A stretch of DNA of 64,000 bases from an uncultured Chloroflexia bacterium. Lineage in GTDB: Bacteria; Chloroflexota; Anaerolineae; CG2-30-64-16. The notes below the pieces were generated by a model, which did not search any database, was not told the origin of the DNA, and saw only the letters and a program-made list of their open reading frames with translations. The stretch spans positions 448,001 through 512,000 of the forward strand of contig CAVZDU010000005.1 in NCBI GenBank assembly GCA_963774265.1, in the 5' to 3' direction. Of this stretch, positions 24,368-38,649 are shown one piece after another. How positions within the stretch are numbered: position 1 is the first letter of the stretch; each line of letters opens with the position of its first letter. The position numbers were made by a program, and so were the translations under genes.

Positions 24368-26327
24368 CTAGCTCTCCTGAATCAAACCGGAGCGGTACGC
24401 GGCCAGCAGCATTTGCAGGTCATCGATCTGCTTCTGCATACTCCGGCCGAGGTCGATGTCTTTCACCCGAATCCTGACATCGTTTTGTTCCAGAATTTGG
24501 GTGGTAGAAACTAAACTCGTTTCTTCGTCGATCGCCTTCTGCGCAGAATCAAATGGCGGATGCGCCGCCAGGAGCAGACCCTAGGAGTTGTACACCAGCG
24601 TGTAGCCGGCAATGCCGGTTTCACCCTGATAGGCCTTCGCAAATCCACCGTCGATGACAAGTAGTTTGCCGTTGGCCTTGACCGGGCTCTCGCCGCGCTT
24701 GACCCTGACCGGCACATGACCGTTGATGATGTGCCCCGTCTCCGGGTTTACGCCGAACTCAGTGAGGATCTGGCGTGCGCTGTCTTCCCGATCACGGAAG
24801 TTGTAGTAGGCATTGCGCTTCTCGAAATGCGTGGCCTTGTCATCGATGAAGTAACGTTCAAAGGTCGCCATCTTTTCATTGCCGAACAAGGGGGATTGGG
24901 CATCGCTCCACAGCCGCCACATGGTGTCCATCCCTTCCTGCTTCCGGTCCGGGTTGTCGGTGGCGAAGTAACCCTGACGGGCCAGGCGATCGAACCGCTC
25001 CATCAGTGCCCTCCCAGACACCATGCCCTCGTCCACCTGCACGGCTTTGAAGGAACCATCCTCGTTCATCGGGATGCAGCCGTGGTAGAGCAGATTCCCG
25101 TTGTAGACCAGGTACATGCTCCCTTTGGAAAAGAGAAAACGGACATGGCGTTGGAGCCTTGGGCTGCTTGTAAATGAAAGCCTGAGCCGCTCGATCAGCG
25201 CCTTCTCGCGTGGGGTCAGTTCATACGGCTGCTGCGGGTCGACGGTCGGGAAATGGGTATCCAGCAGCGGATAGACCATACCGTCCAGGCAGATCGTGCC
25301 GCTGGCGAAGTCCACCTTATCCAGGAGCAAGCGGTTGTCCATCTGGAAGTGGGGCCGCCTCAGAATGATCTGCGCCTCCAGCTTGAGCTGCAGAATCGTG
25401 ATCGCCTTGTGCATCTTCGCGACTAGTTGGCGCTCGTCACCGGTCAGCTCGTCATCCTCACTGGGCGGCGGCAAGAACCGCTCGCAGGGATCATCGCCAT
25501 AGGTGTCGATTGCAAAGGAAGCCAGCGGCAGGAGGCTGACGCCGTAGCCGTGTTCCAGCGTGTCCACGTTGTTGTAGCGCAGGCCGATGCGGATGACATT
25601 GGCGATACAGGCCTCGCTTCCGGCCGCGGCGCCCATCCACACGATGTCGTGGTTGCCCCACAGCACATCTACGCTGTGATACTTCATGCAGCGTATCCAC
25701 GATCAGGTCAGCCGCAGGGCCGCGATCATAGATGTCGCCGATGACATGCAGGCGGGCGATCGCCAGGCGCTGGATCAGCTCGACCAGGGCGATAATCACG
25801 GTCGCGGCGCTGTCCGTTGCGATGATGGTTTCTCGGATGCTTTGATAGTACTCGGCCTTGTCCCTAAGGTTGTCTTGCTCGTAGAGCAGCTCCTCGATGA
25901 TGCCGGCCAGGTCGTCCGGCAGAAACGAGCGGACCCAGGCGCATGGGTACTTGCCCGAGAGGTCCCGGCCCAGCTCGACCAGTTGCATCAGGGTCGTGCG
26001 ATACCATTCAGCCGGATCCGCCAGCGATTTCAGGATCAGCGGCAATTTTTCCTCGGGATAGTAGATCAGCGTGGCCAGGGTGCGTTTCTCTGCGGGGGAC
26101 AGAGCCTCTCCGAAGACTTCGTCGATCCTGCGTTTGATCGAGCCGGAGCCATTCTTCAGCACGTGGCGAAAGGCCTCGTACTCGCCGTGAACATCGGACA
26201 CGAAATGTTCGGTGCCCTTGGGCAAGCTCAACTGCGCGGTCAGATCGACAATCGCGGTCGAGGCGGCCCGGATCGAGGGATATTGTTTGGCCAGAAGTTG
26301 GAGATAGTGGAGGTGAAGGTCGTCCAT
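24368..26327 (-). CDS. fbp: Fructose-1,6-bisphosphatase class III (Firmicutes type); one frameshift near 25690 and an in-frame TAG at 24581-24583
   Basis: LPKGTEHFVSDVHGE, GDIYDRG, WGNHD, INGHVPV, IDGGFAKAYQ..TGIAGYTL; the C-terminus continues past the TAG to LLAAYRSG. Confidence 0.9.
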
Positions 26328-26436
26328 ATTCACATACCCCATCCCCGAGGGCCCAGCACCTGCGGCTCCGCGCAGGTGCTGGAGATTCAAGATTGACGGT
26401 TATCGACAATCGGCAGTTCTCAGTGCACCAACTGTC

Positions 26437-28241
26437 TTAGGCTGCCGCCGTCTCCCGTGCGAACGCCTGTGTCTTGGCGGCAAGGGCTTCTTCAGCACAA
26501 ACAGCATGCCGGCCGTGACCAGGGTCCCCGCGACGATGGCGATCAGATAGCCGCCCAGGTTGTCGACCGCATTGGGGATGGGCAGCACGAAGATGCCGCC
26601 GTGGGGCACCATGCAGCTCGCACCCGAAGACCATCGAGAGCGCGCCGGTCACCGCCGACCCGACCATCAGGCTCGGGATGGTGCGGAGCGGATCGCGCGC
26701 CGCGAAGGGGATCGCCCCTTCGGTGATGAACGAGATGCCCAGGACGGCCGCCGCGCTGGCCGGCTTCCTGTTCATCGGCCGTGAAGCGGTTCTTGAAGAG
26801 GAAGGCGGCCAGCGCCAGGCCGAGCGGCGGCGTCATGCCCGGCGGCCATCACCGCCGCCATCGGCTCGTAGACCTGGCTGGCCAGCAGGCCGACCGAGAA
26901 GGCATAGGCCGCTTTGTTGACCGGGCCGCCCATGTCAAAGGCCATCATCGCGCCCAGGATCAGGCCGAGCACGACGGCGCTGCCGGTCTGCATCCCCTTG
27001 AGCCAGTTCGTCATGGCGTCATTGACCACTTTCATCGGCGGGCCGATGACGAAGACCATGGCCAGGCCGACGATCAGCGTGGAGAGCAGCGGCAGGATCA
27101 GGACGGGCTTCAGGCCTTGCAGGTTCTTCGGCAGCTTGATGTAGGTGTTCAGCGCCAGGGTCAGGTAGCCGGCCAGGAAACCGGCCACGAGGCCGCCCAG
27201 GAACCCGGACCCCACGGCTGGTGGCCAGCATGCCGCCGATGATGCCGGGCGCGATGCCGGGCCGGTCGGCGATCGAGTAGGCGATGAACGCCGCCAGGAC
27301 GGGCACGAACAGGGCGAACGCCGTGCCGCCGCCGATCTTCATCAAAGCCCACGCCAGCGTGCCTTCGGGATACCCCTCGGGCTTGATGCCGCCGAAGGCA
27401 AACGCCAGGGCGATCAGGATGCCGCCGGCGACGACGATGGGCAGCATGTACGACACGCCGGTCATCAGGTGCTTGTACGGGCCGGTCACCTTGGCGGCGC
27501 GGGCCTTCTTCATCTCCTTGGCCAGGTCGGCCAGGTCGGTGCCCCCCGGCTCCGGCAGGGCCAGGGCTTTCTTGACCACTTCCTGCCCCTCGTGCAGGGC
27601 GGCCTTGGTCGAGGTTTCATAGAGCCGCTTGCCGGCAAAGCGGGTCTTGTCGACGAAGGCATCCGCCGCGATGATCACCGCGTCGGCCCGGCCGATCTCC
27701 TCGAACGTCAGGGTGTTCTGCGCGCCCACCGAGCCCTGCGTCTCGACTTTCATCTCATAGCCCAGGGCCTTGGCTGCCTTGCTCAGGCGCCTCCGCCGCC
27801 ATAAAGGTGTGCGCGATGCCGGTGGGGCACGAGGTGACGCCCACCAGGAACTTCGAGGCGCCGGGCTCGGCCGGCGGCGCGGCGTACGGGCGCGGCGACG
27901 CCGGCGCGGGCGCGGCCGCTGCCGCTTTCGCCTCTTCCGCCTCCGCCAGCGCCTCCTCGATCACGGCGCGGGTCTTGCGGATGGCATCGCTGGTCGAGAC
28001 CGCATAGACGGGCTTGCCGCCGAAGCGGTCCATGTTGATGTGGATATCGGTGGCGATGATGACCATATCGGCTTCACGGATCTCCTGCTCGGTGAGGACG
28101 TTCTTCGCCCCGACCGAGCCCTGCATTTCCGCCCGGAGGGTGTGCCCCATCAGCTTTGGCGGTTTTCTCAAGGGCCTCCGCCGCCATCACGGTGTGGGCA
28201 ATCCCCGTCGGGCAGGCCATGACTGCTACAATTTTGGCCAT
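26437..28241 (-). CDS. fruA: PTS fructose transporter EIIB-EIIB-EIIC, frameshifted
   Basis: Two CPTGIAHT motifs, [46 protein letters not shown]. Confidence 0.9.
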
Positions 28242-28296
28242 ATGTCAGCTCCTTTCGATTGATTGCAGATTTCGGTTTGAATCGTCAATCTTCGAT

Positions 28297-29238
28297 TCAT
28301 AGCTCGCGGATCGTGACCCGCTCTCGTGCCGCTTCGACTGCTTCGATGGAGGGCAGCCCCGACCCGATGTGGCTGATGGCGGTCATCGAGAACGCCGTCG
28401 CCAGCCGGGCGCACTCGGCCAGGGAGAGGCCGCGGATCTTCCCGGCGACGATACCGGCGACCATTGCATCGCCGGCGCCGACCGTGCTCTTGACCTCGAC
28501 GGACGGCGGCACCGCCCAGATCGTCTCGTTGCCTTCGACGAAGATGGCGCCCTCCTTTCCCATGGAGACGACCACACTCGCGATGTTGTAGCGCTGCATG
28601 AGCGCGCGCGCCACCCGCACGATGGCGTCGCCGGTCTCCAGTTTCTCCCCGACGAATTCCCCCAGCTCATCGACGTTGGGCTTGATGAGCCAGGGCCCCG
28701 CGGCGACGGCCTGGCCGAAACCCTCGCCGCTGGTGTCCAGCACGACTTTCTTGCCCGCCAGCGTCTTGCACCATCTCCGCGTAGATGCCCGCGGACACCC
28801 CGGCGGGATGCTGCCCGAGAGCACGAACCACTCGTGGTCGGCGGCGAGCTCCGTGAGGATCTCGAAGAGGCGCTCGATATCGGCCGGCTGGGCGTCTGAC
28901 CGGGGAAGTTGATATCGGTGGTCTGATGCTGGGCCATCGTCGCTGATCTTGACGCCGATGCGGGTCGGCCGGCGATGCGGACGCAGCGGTCCTCGATCCC
29001 CTTGTGCTCGAACAGGCGGCGGAAGATCTCGTCATTGTCGGCGCCCAGGAACCCGGTGACCGTGGCAGGCTGGCCGAAGTCCGACAGGAATGAGGCCACG
29101 TTGATGCCCTTGCCGCCCGCATCCATCTGGGAGGACTGCACCCGGTTCACGGCCCCGGCCGTGAAGTTCGGGATGGAGATGGTCTGATCGATGGCCGGAT
29201 TGATGGTGACGGTGACGACCCTGTTCGACTTGGCTCAT
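28297..29238 (-). CDS. fruK: 1-phosphofructokinase, frameshifted
   Basis: TINPAID, GGKGINVA, IKPN..E, STVGAGD. Confidence 0.9.
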
Positions 29239-29251
29239 AGTCGAGTCCTTT

Positions 29252-31727
29252 CTATGGCAGCGGCAGCGCGCGCACCTCGGCGGCCGTGCGGCAGGCCAGC
29301 GCCTGCCGGGCATAGGCCTGGCACTTGTCCAGGGAGAGGCGGCGCAGCTGCGCCTTGATCGCCGCGATGCTGGGGATGGACATGCTGAGCTCGGTCACGC
29401 CCAGGCCGGTCAGGAGCACCGCGCCCTTGGGATCGCCGGCCATGCCGCCGCACACCCCCACCCACTTGCCGGCGGCCGTCGCCGCCTGCACCGTGCGCTC
29501 GATCATCCGCAGCACGGCCGGATGCAGCCCGTCGGCCTGCTTCGCCAGCATTGGATGCCCGCGATCCATCGCCAGCGTGTACTGGGTCAGGTCGTTGGTG
29601 CCGATGGAGAAGAAGTCGACCTGCTGCGCCAGCTCGTCGGCCATCATGACCGCCGACGGCACCTCGATCATGATGCCGATCTCCACGGCCGGCGCGCCCA
29701 ACTCCCAGCGCACCTCGGCGGCGATCGCCTTGGCCGCCATCAGGTCTTCCAGGGTCGCAATCATCGGGAACATGATCCTGACCGGCCCGTATTGCGCCGC
29801 GCGGTAGATGGCGCGCAGCTGGGCCCGGAAGAGCTCCGGCCTGGCCAGGCAGAGGCGGATGCCGCGCACGCCCAGGAAGGGGTTCTCCTCGGCCGGCATG
29901 TTGAGGTAAGGCGCGGCCTTGTCGCCGCCGATGTCCAGGGTGCGGATGATGAGCGGCAGGCCGTTCAACGCCTGCACCATCGCCCGGTAGGCCTCGAACT
30001 GCTCCTCTTCGGTGGGCGGGGAGGTGCGGTCCAGGAACAGGAACTCGGTGCGCAGCAGGCCCACGCCTTCGCCGCCCGCGTTGACGGCCTGCTCGGCCTC
30101 CTCGACGCGGCCGATGTTCGCCACCACCTCGACGCGGTGCCCATCGGTCATGAGGGCCGGTTCGTAGCAGCGCAGCTTCTCGGCCTCGCGCTGCGCCTCC
30201 ATCGCCTGCCGCGCCTGCTGGGCCGCCGCCAGGGTCGCCGGGCTGGGCGCCACGTAGAGGTTGCCCCGGTTGCCATCCAGGATGGCCATCGCCGCCCTCG
30301 GGCTGGTGCAGCAGGGCCGGGCCGGCGCCGACGACCGCCGGGATGCCCAACGCGCGGGCGATGATGGCGCTGTGCGAGGTGGGGCCGCCGCCGGCGGTGC
30401 AGAAGCCCAGGACGAAGGCCGGATCCAGGCCGGCGGTGTCGGAGGGCGTCAGATCCTCGGCCAGCAGGATGACCGGCTCCGCGGGCAGCAGCGGCCCTTC
30501 TTCGACTGCGGCGCCAGGAAGCCGCAGCACCCGGCTGCCGACATCGCCCAGGTCGACCGCCCGCTCGGCGATCAGCGGATCGTCCACCTTCTTCAGCTCC
30601 GCGACCCGCTGCTCGATCGTCTGCTGCCAGGCCCAGCCGGCGCTGGCGCCCGGTTCGATGTGGCTGACGACCGCCTGCACCAGGTCGGGATCGTCGAGGA
30701 ACTCGGCGTGCGCCAGGAAGATCGACGCCTTGCCTGCGCCCGACCGTGCTTTGACCTCCTGGTAGAGGTCGTTCAACTGCGCCCGGGCGGCCTGCGATGG
30801 CCTGCTTCAGGTGGGTCGTTTCGAGCGTCGGCGTCCTTGGCGGTCGCTTCGACGACGATCTTGCTGCGCTTGAAGAAGCGCAGCGGGCCGATGGCGAGTC
30901 CCGGCGAGGCCGGGACGCCGGGGATGACCTTGGCGCCGGGTTCGGCTTCCCATTCGTAGGCCGGCAGAGCGGCTTCGGCAGCCGGCGCTTCTTCTTCCTC
31001 GCCCAGGCCGCTTTCCACCGCCTCCTTGCAGCGCCTGGAGCGCGGCCGCCTCGTCCGGGCCTTGCGCCATCACCCGGATGACGCTGCCGCCTTCCGACGC
31101 CCAGCTTGAGCAGCGAAGCCAGGCTCTTGCCGTTGGACGACCTTGTCGCCGTAGCGCACCCGCACCTCGGACTGGAACTCCTTCGCCAGGCTGGCAAAGG
31201 TGGTGGCGGGCCGGGCGTGCAGGCCGGTGGGATTGCGGATGGTCAGGTCAACGTAGGCGGGGAAATCGGCCAGCGTCTCGGCGGCGCGCAGCTTGCTGTG
31301 GGCGCCGGCCGCTCAGCGCGTCGATGATGTCGTTGGGGTCGTTCGTCGTGGCGAGCTTGCGGACGGTCTCTTCGTCGGTCAGGACGTTGGTCAGGTTCGC
31401 CAGGATGCCGATGTGCTCGTCCGAGCGGGCGGCGATGGCGACGACCAGGTAGACCGTTTCACCCCGGTTCCACTGCACCCCATCGGGCACCTGCAGGACG
31501 GCGATGCCTGTGCGCAGGATCAGGTCGCGATCCTTCGGCAGTCCGTGCGGGATCGCGATGCCGTTGCCGAGAAAGGTGTTGGCCACCTTTTCCCGGGCCA
31601 TCATGCTGTCAATGTAGCCGGGTTTCATGTACTGGCTCTCGACCAGCAGGGTGCCGGCCTTTCTGATGGCCTCCGCTTTGTTGGCCACCCGGGCATGAAG
31701 TTGTACGTTGCTGCGCTCTAATTCCAT
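29252..31727 (-). CDS. fruB: Multiphosphoryl transfer protein EIIA(Fru)-HPr-Enzyme I fusion, frameshifted
   Basis: GIAIPHG (IIA), GLHARPA (HPr), [32 protein letters not shown] (EI). Confidence 0.9.
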
Positions 31728-31789
31728 CCTGTTTCGCTCCTGTTGCCGGTAAGCCGTTCGAGAATGATCTCGCATATTCGGTTGGGGGT

Positions 31790-33626
<1,837 letters not shown>

Positions 33627-33662
33627 TCAAACGACAAGAAAATGGCGCCTTATCCCGCAAGC

Positions 33663-35369
33663 TTAGCGATGAACAAGTTCGGCAATGAACACCTCATGGG
33701 GTGCGATGGTGAGCCTGTCGAGGATCAGCGTCTGGACGACGCGCGGCTGGTTAGAGAACAGCAGGCGCGGCCGCATATCACTGAGCTCCAAGGCGACCAC
33801 CTGCTCTTCAGGAGAGAAATTGAGGATCACCAGGCACGCCTGGCCCAGGCCTACGTCGCCGCGCATGAAGGCCAGATATGCTTCGCTTTGCGGGTGCAAT
33901 GCCTTGTAATCACCGGCGATCAATGCGGGGGACGTTCGGCGCAGACGGAGCAACCGCCGGTAGAAGGTGAGCAGCGATGTGGGATCGTTTGCCTGGCTGG
34001 CAACGTTGACCCCGGCCGCGTAGTTTGGATTCACCGGCAGCCAGGGCCTAACGCCAGGCGGACAAAAGCCGCCATTTGGCGCATCGCTCCACTGAAGCGG
34101 GCTGCGGCAGCGATCGCGCGTGCTTGCGATCGCCGCGGCCAGGGCCTGTTCTGGCGCAATCCCGAGCCTTTGGGTCATCGTGTGATACTGCTTGATGGCC
34201 ATGGTGTCCCGCAGCTGTCCCAGGTCAGCGAGTTCGAGATCGGTCATGCCGATCTCCTCGCCGTTGTAGAGGAAGGGCGTGCCCTTGAGCGTTAGCATCA
34301 ATGCCAGGTGCAGCCGCGCCAGGGCCGCGTCGCTGCTTGTCCCATCGCCCCACCGGCTCCAGACGCGCGAGGAATCGTGGTTGCTCAGGGTGTTGCACGG
34401 CCACGCGCCGGCAGGCAGCGCGGCGAGGCGCTCGGCCTGGTTGGCGTAAATGTGCGACGGTGTCAAGCGTTCAGCTCTTAGGAGCGGGAAATTGAAAACA
34501 AGGTGCAGCTCATCGTCACCGGCGCCGTGGAATGCGACGTCGTCGTCCTCTCCCACCAGCATCCGATCGCCGGGGTACCCGTGCACGAGCGCCCGCAACT
34601 CCTTCATGAGCTCGTGGATGCCCGGCTGCCGGATCTGGAACTGCATGAGTTGATCATAGTCTGCCATTGGGAGGGTATTGGCGTCGAAAAAATCGTCCGG
34701 TGACAGAGGTAGCGTATGGTCAGGCAGGTCAGGCTGTTCGTAGATCGTGGCAATGGCATCAAGCCGGAAGCCATCCACCCCCAAGTCGAGCCAGAAGCGC
34801 ACCACATCCCAGATGGCCTGCTTGACTTCCAGGTTGCGCCAGTTAAGGTCCGGCTGCTCCTGGAGAAAGGCGTGATAGTAGTATTGGTTCGTCTGGGGGT
34901 CGAGCTCCCAGGCCGATCCGCCGAAGATCGAGGCCCAGTTATTGGGTGGACCGTCCTTCCCATCGCGCCAGATATACCAATCCCGTTTCGGGTTGTTGCG
35001 GCTGGTGCGCGACTCCAGGAACCAGGGGTGCTGGTCGGAGGTGTGATTGAGGACCAGGTCCAGAATGACGCGAATACCCAGCTTGTGCGCCTCCTGAAGG
35101 AAGACGGTGAAGTCAGCCAGCGATCCATATTCCGGCCCGACGCTCATGTAGTCGGAGATGTCATAACCACAGTCCAGAAACGGTGATGGATGATGCGGCG
35201 ACAGCCAGATGGCATCGATGCCGAGATCGGCCAGGTAGCCTAATCTGGCGGTCATCCCTGGGAAATCCCCGATGCCGTCCCCGTTGCCGTCGGCGAAGCT
35301 GCGCGGATAGATCTGGTAGAAAACGGCCCGTTGCCACCATTTGAGGTCATGCATCTTCGCTGCTTTCAT
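33663..35369 (-). CDS. GH13 alpha-glucosidase
   Basis: [28 protein letters not shown]. Confidence 0.9.
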   Translation of the reverse strand: MKAAKMHDLKWWQRAVFYQIYPRSFADGNGDGIGDFPGMTARLGYLADLGIDAIWLSPHHPSPFLDCGYDISDYMSVGPEYGSLADFTVFLQEAHKLGIRVILDLVLNHTSDQHPWFLESRTSRNNPKRDWYIWRDGKDGPPNNWASIFGGSAWELDPQTNQYYYHAFLQEQPDLNWRNLEVKQAIWDVVRFWLDLGVDGFRLDAIATIYEQPDLPDHTLPLSPDDFFDANTLPMADYDQLMQFQIRQPGIHELMKELRALVHGYPGDRMLVGEDDDVAFHGAGDDELHLVFNFPLLRAERLTPSHIYANQAERLAALPAGAWPCNTLSNHDSSRVWSRWGDGTSSDAALARLHLALMLTLKGTPFLYNGEEIGMTDLELADLGQLRDTMAIKQYHTMTQRLGIAPEQALAAAIASTRDRCRSPLQWSDAPNGGFCPPGVRPWLPVNPNYAAGVNVASQANDPTSLLTFYRRLLRLRRTSPALIAGDYKALHPQSEAYLAFMRGDVGLGQACLVILNFSPEEQVVALELSDMRPRLLFSNQPRVVQTLILDRLTIAPHEVFIAELVHR

Positions 35370-35383
35370 CTCTGTGGTGATTT

Positions 35384-36546
35384 TCAGGACAGGGGCCTCC
35401 CTTTGGAGCGTGCAACGATCTCCGCGCCATTAGTCGCGCGGCAAACATAGACGCGCGGCGACAGGCCGGTGCGAACAGTGTACTCGGCAGCCACGCTCTT
35501 GACGAACGCCGGAATACCCGCATCCTCCACCAGGGCCACCGCGCACCCGCCAAACCCGCCGCCGGTCATGCGTGCGCCGACGCACGCCGGGTGGGCCGCC
35601 GCGATCTCGACGAAGATATCCAATTCGCGGTTGGAGATCTGGAAATCGTCGCGCATGCTGACGTGGCTGGCGTCCAACAGCCGGCCCACTGCGTGGGCAT
35701 CGCCGGCCCGCATCGCATCGCACGCCTGCAACACCCGGTCGTTCTCAGTGACGACATGCCGGGCGCGGCGGTAGATCAGGGCTCGAGCTCGGATCTCGCC
35801 GCCTCGAGTTGCGCGGCGCTAACGTCACGCAGCGCCTTGACCCCAAAATGGCGGGCTGCGGTCTCGCACTGCGAACGGCGCTCGTTGTATGCCGAACCGA
35901 CCAGCCCGCGCCGCGTGGACGTATCCAGCACGACGACCGCAAAGCCCGCGGGCAGCGGGATGGGCGTTGTGTCCAGCGAACGGCAGTCGATGAGGAGCGC
36001 GTGTTCGGCCACGCCCGCGGCCGAGATCATCTGGTCCATGATGCCGGTGTTGACGCCCACCCACTTATTCTCGGCCAATTGACCGCTCAGCGCCATCGCT
36101 GGCGCATCCCAGGGCCAGCCGGCGACCGCCGCGAACGCGCGCGCCACAGCCATCTCCAGCGCGGCCGAGGAGGAGAGCCCCGCGCCCAGCGGCACATCAC
36201 CGGCCATCACGCCCTCCCAACCGACCGGCGTATAGCCGCGCTGCTGCAGCGCCCAGGCCACCCCACGCACGTAGTCAGCCCACGAGCCAGGCTTAGGAAC
36301 GAGGTCATCCAGGTGAAAGTCGTCCGTTTCCTGAAAATCCAACGCCTGGACGACAACCCGGCGGTCGGATCGCGGCCGCAATGCGATCCACGCGGCCCGG
36401 TCGATGGCCAGTGGCAGCACGAACCCGTCGTTGTAATCGGTGTGCTCGCCGATCAGGTTGACGCGACCGGGCGCGCGCACCAGGATGGCAGGTGGCTGAC
36501 GATGGCTGGCCTCAAAGACTTGGATGACTTTGACTTCTACGGGCAT
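35384..36546 (-). CDS. galK: Galactokinase, frameshift near 35780
   Basis: APGRVNLIGEHTDYNDG, PLGAGLSSSAA, GARMTGGGFGG. Confidence 0.93.
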
Positions 36547-36612
36547 CGACGTTACCTCCACGCGCCCTGGGGCGGCCACAGAGCCCCCGCGGCGTCAGCC
36601 GCGGGGCCACCC

Positions 36613-37596
36613 CTACTGCGCTTCCTCGTATCCGTTCGGGTGCGTCAGGTGCCAACGCCAGGCGCTCTCGATGATGCGATCCAACTCAGGATGCTGTGGC
36701 TGCCAGCCAAGCACTTCCTGGATCCTGGCGCTGCCCGCAATCAGGATGGCCGGATCCCCGGGACGGCGCGGATGCACCACAGCCGGGATGGGATGGCCGG
36801 TGACGCGCCGCGCGGACTCGATCACCTCGCGCACGGAGTAGCCGGCGCCGTTGCCCAGGTTGAAGCGCATGAAGGGCCGCTCAGCCAGCCCGTCCAGCGC
36901 GAGAACGTGGGCCGTCGCCAGGTCCTCAATGTGGATGTAATCGCGCACGCAGGTGCCGTCAGGCGTGGGGTAGTCATCGCCGAAGATGGCGATCTCCTTC
37001 CGCTTGCCCAGCGCCACTTGCAGCACCAGGGGGATCAGATGCGTTTCGGGTCGGTGCGCCTCCCCGCGTGTGCCGGCCGCGCCCGCGGCATTGAAGTAGC
37101 GCAGGACGGCCACCCGTAGGCCGTGAATGCGGTGGTACCACTCCAGCGTTTGCTCCACCATGTACTTCGTGGCGCCGTAGACGCTGGCCGGCCCGACCGG
37201 GTCGGTCTCCAGGAGCGGGCTGTCCTTGCTGGCGTAGACGCCCGCGGTGGAAGAGAAGACGAAACGCCCCACGCCGTGAGCCACCGCCGCATCGACCAGG
37301 TTCAGGCTGCCGGTGACATTATTGCGAAAAAACCGGCCCGGCTCACGCATCGATTCACCCGCCTCGATGAAGGCGGCGAAGTGCAGGATGGCTTCGAAGC
37401 CTGCGCCAGCCAGAGTTGCGTCCAGGGCCGCGCGGTCGAGCGTGTTACCGTGCACGAACGTGGCGGCCGCAGGGATGGCCGCCAGGTGGCCGCTCGACAG
37501 GTTGTCGTAGATGGTGACGCTGTGGCCGGCCGCCAGCAATTGCTGCGCAACGGTGCTGCCGATGTAGCCCGCGCCGCCGCTGACGAGTATCTTCAT
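36613..37596 (-). CDS. galE: UDP-glucose 4-epimerase
   Basis: GGAGYIG, YGATK, RYFNAAGA, DGTCVRDYIH. Confidence 0.93.
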   Translation of the reverse strand: MKILVSGGAGYIGSTVAQQLLAAGHSVTIYDNLSSGHLAAIPAAATFVHGNTLDRAALDATLAGAGFEAILHFAAFIEAGESMREPGRFFRNNVTGSLNLVDAAVAHGVGRFVFSSTAGVYASKDSPLLETDPVGPASVYGATKYMVEQTLEWYHRIHGLRVAVLRYFNAAGAAGTRGEAHRPETHLIPLVLQVALGKRKEIAIFGDDYPTPDGTCVRDYIHIEDLATAHVLALDGLAERPFMRFNLGNGAGYSVREVIESARRVTGHPIPAVVHPRRPGDPAILIAGSARIQEVLGWQPQHPELDRIIESAWRWHLTHPNGYEEAQ

Positions 37597-37607
37597 GGCG
37601 ACTCCCT

Positions 37608-38645
37608 TCATCGTTCCTTATAATGTACTTCCGGCATTTCCTGCAACCGCGCTGCTGCCTGCTCGGCGGTGATGTCACGCTGCGCCTCACCAAGCATCTC
37701 GAAACCGACCATGAACTTCTTCACCGTGGCCGAGCGCAGCAGCGGCGGGTAGAAGTGCGCGTGCAGCTGCCAGTGGCTCAAATCGCCATCCTGCCAGGGC
37801 GCACCGTGCCAGCCCATCGAATAGGGGAACGAGGTCTCGAAGACGTTGTCGTAGCGCGTCAGCAGGCGCTTGAGGACGTCCGCCAGCGCGTCACGCTGGG
37901 CGGCGTCCAGGTCAGGGAGGCGCAGCACGTGCTGCCGCGGCATCAGCAGGACCTCAAACGGCCAGACGGCCCAGTAGGGGACAACCGCGACCCAGGCATC
38001 GTTCGCCACCACCACGCGCTCCCCGCGGTCCAGCTCGGCCGCGAGATAATCCAGTAGCAGCGGCCGCCCGTGCTCGGCGGTGTAGCTCCGTTGCTGGCGA
38101 TCCTCCTTGGCCGGCTCATTGGGCAGCGCGTCCAGTGCCCAGATCTGGCCGTGGGGATGCGGGTTGGAGCAGCCCATCACCGCCCCCTTGTTCTCGAACA
38201 CTTGCACCCAACGGTACGTTTGACCCAGCTCCGCGGTCTGCGCCGCCCACACGTCGACCACCGTACGAATCTGCTCGACAGGCATCTCCGGCAGGGACAG
38301 GTCATGTCGCGGGGAGAAGCAGATCACCCGGCAGTCACCCGGGACCGGTGTGGCCCGAAAGAGCGGATCGTCACTGCCTGCAGCTGGTGCGTCAGGCACG
38401 AGCGCGGCGAAGTCGTTGGTGAAGACGAAGGTGCTCTCGTAGGCCGGGTTGCGTGCGCCCCCGGCGCGGCCGTTTCCGGGGCAGAGGTAACAGGTCGGAT
38501 CATGGTCCGGGCGCTGCTCGCCGGGCAGGCGCTCCACCTGGCCCTGCCAGGGCCGCTGGGTGCGGTGCGGCGACACCAGCACCCACTCGCCTGTCAACGG
38601 GTTGAAACGACGATGGACGTGTTTGGTGGGGACGAACGTTTCCAT
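37608..38645 (-). CDS. galT: Galactose-1-phosphate uridylyltransferase
   Basis: [32 protein letters not shown]. Confidence 0.95.
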   Translation of the reverse strand: METFVPTKHVHRRFNPLTGEWVLVSPHRTQRPWQGQVERLPGEQRPDHDPTCYLCPGNGRAGGARNPAYESTFVFTNDFAALVPDAPAAGSDDPLFRATPVPGDCRVICFSPRHDLSLPEMPVEQIRTVVDVWAAQTAELGQTYRWVQVFENKGAVMGCSNPHPHGQIWALDALPNEPAKEDRQQRSYTAEHGRPLLLDYLAAELDRGERVVVANDAWVAVVPYWAVWPFEVLLMPRQHVLRLPDLDAAQRDALADVLKRLLTRYDNVFETSFPYSMGWHGAPWQDGDLSHWQLHAHFYPPLLRSATVKKFMVGFEMLGEAQRDITAEQAAARLQEMPEVHYKER

Positions 38646-38649
38646 GGCT

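Noticed and set aside
26437-31727. Degraded fructose PTS island
   Set aside because: All catalytic residues are retained and no in-frame stops were seen; indels cluster in GC-rich runs. Read polishing is needed before calling decay.
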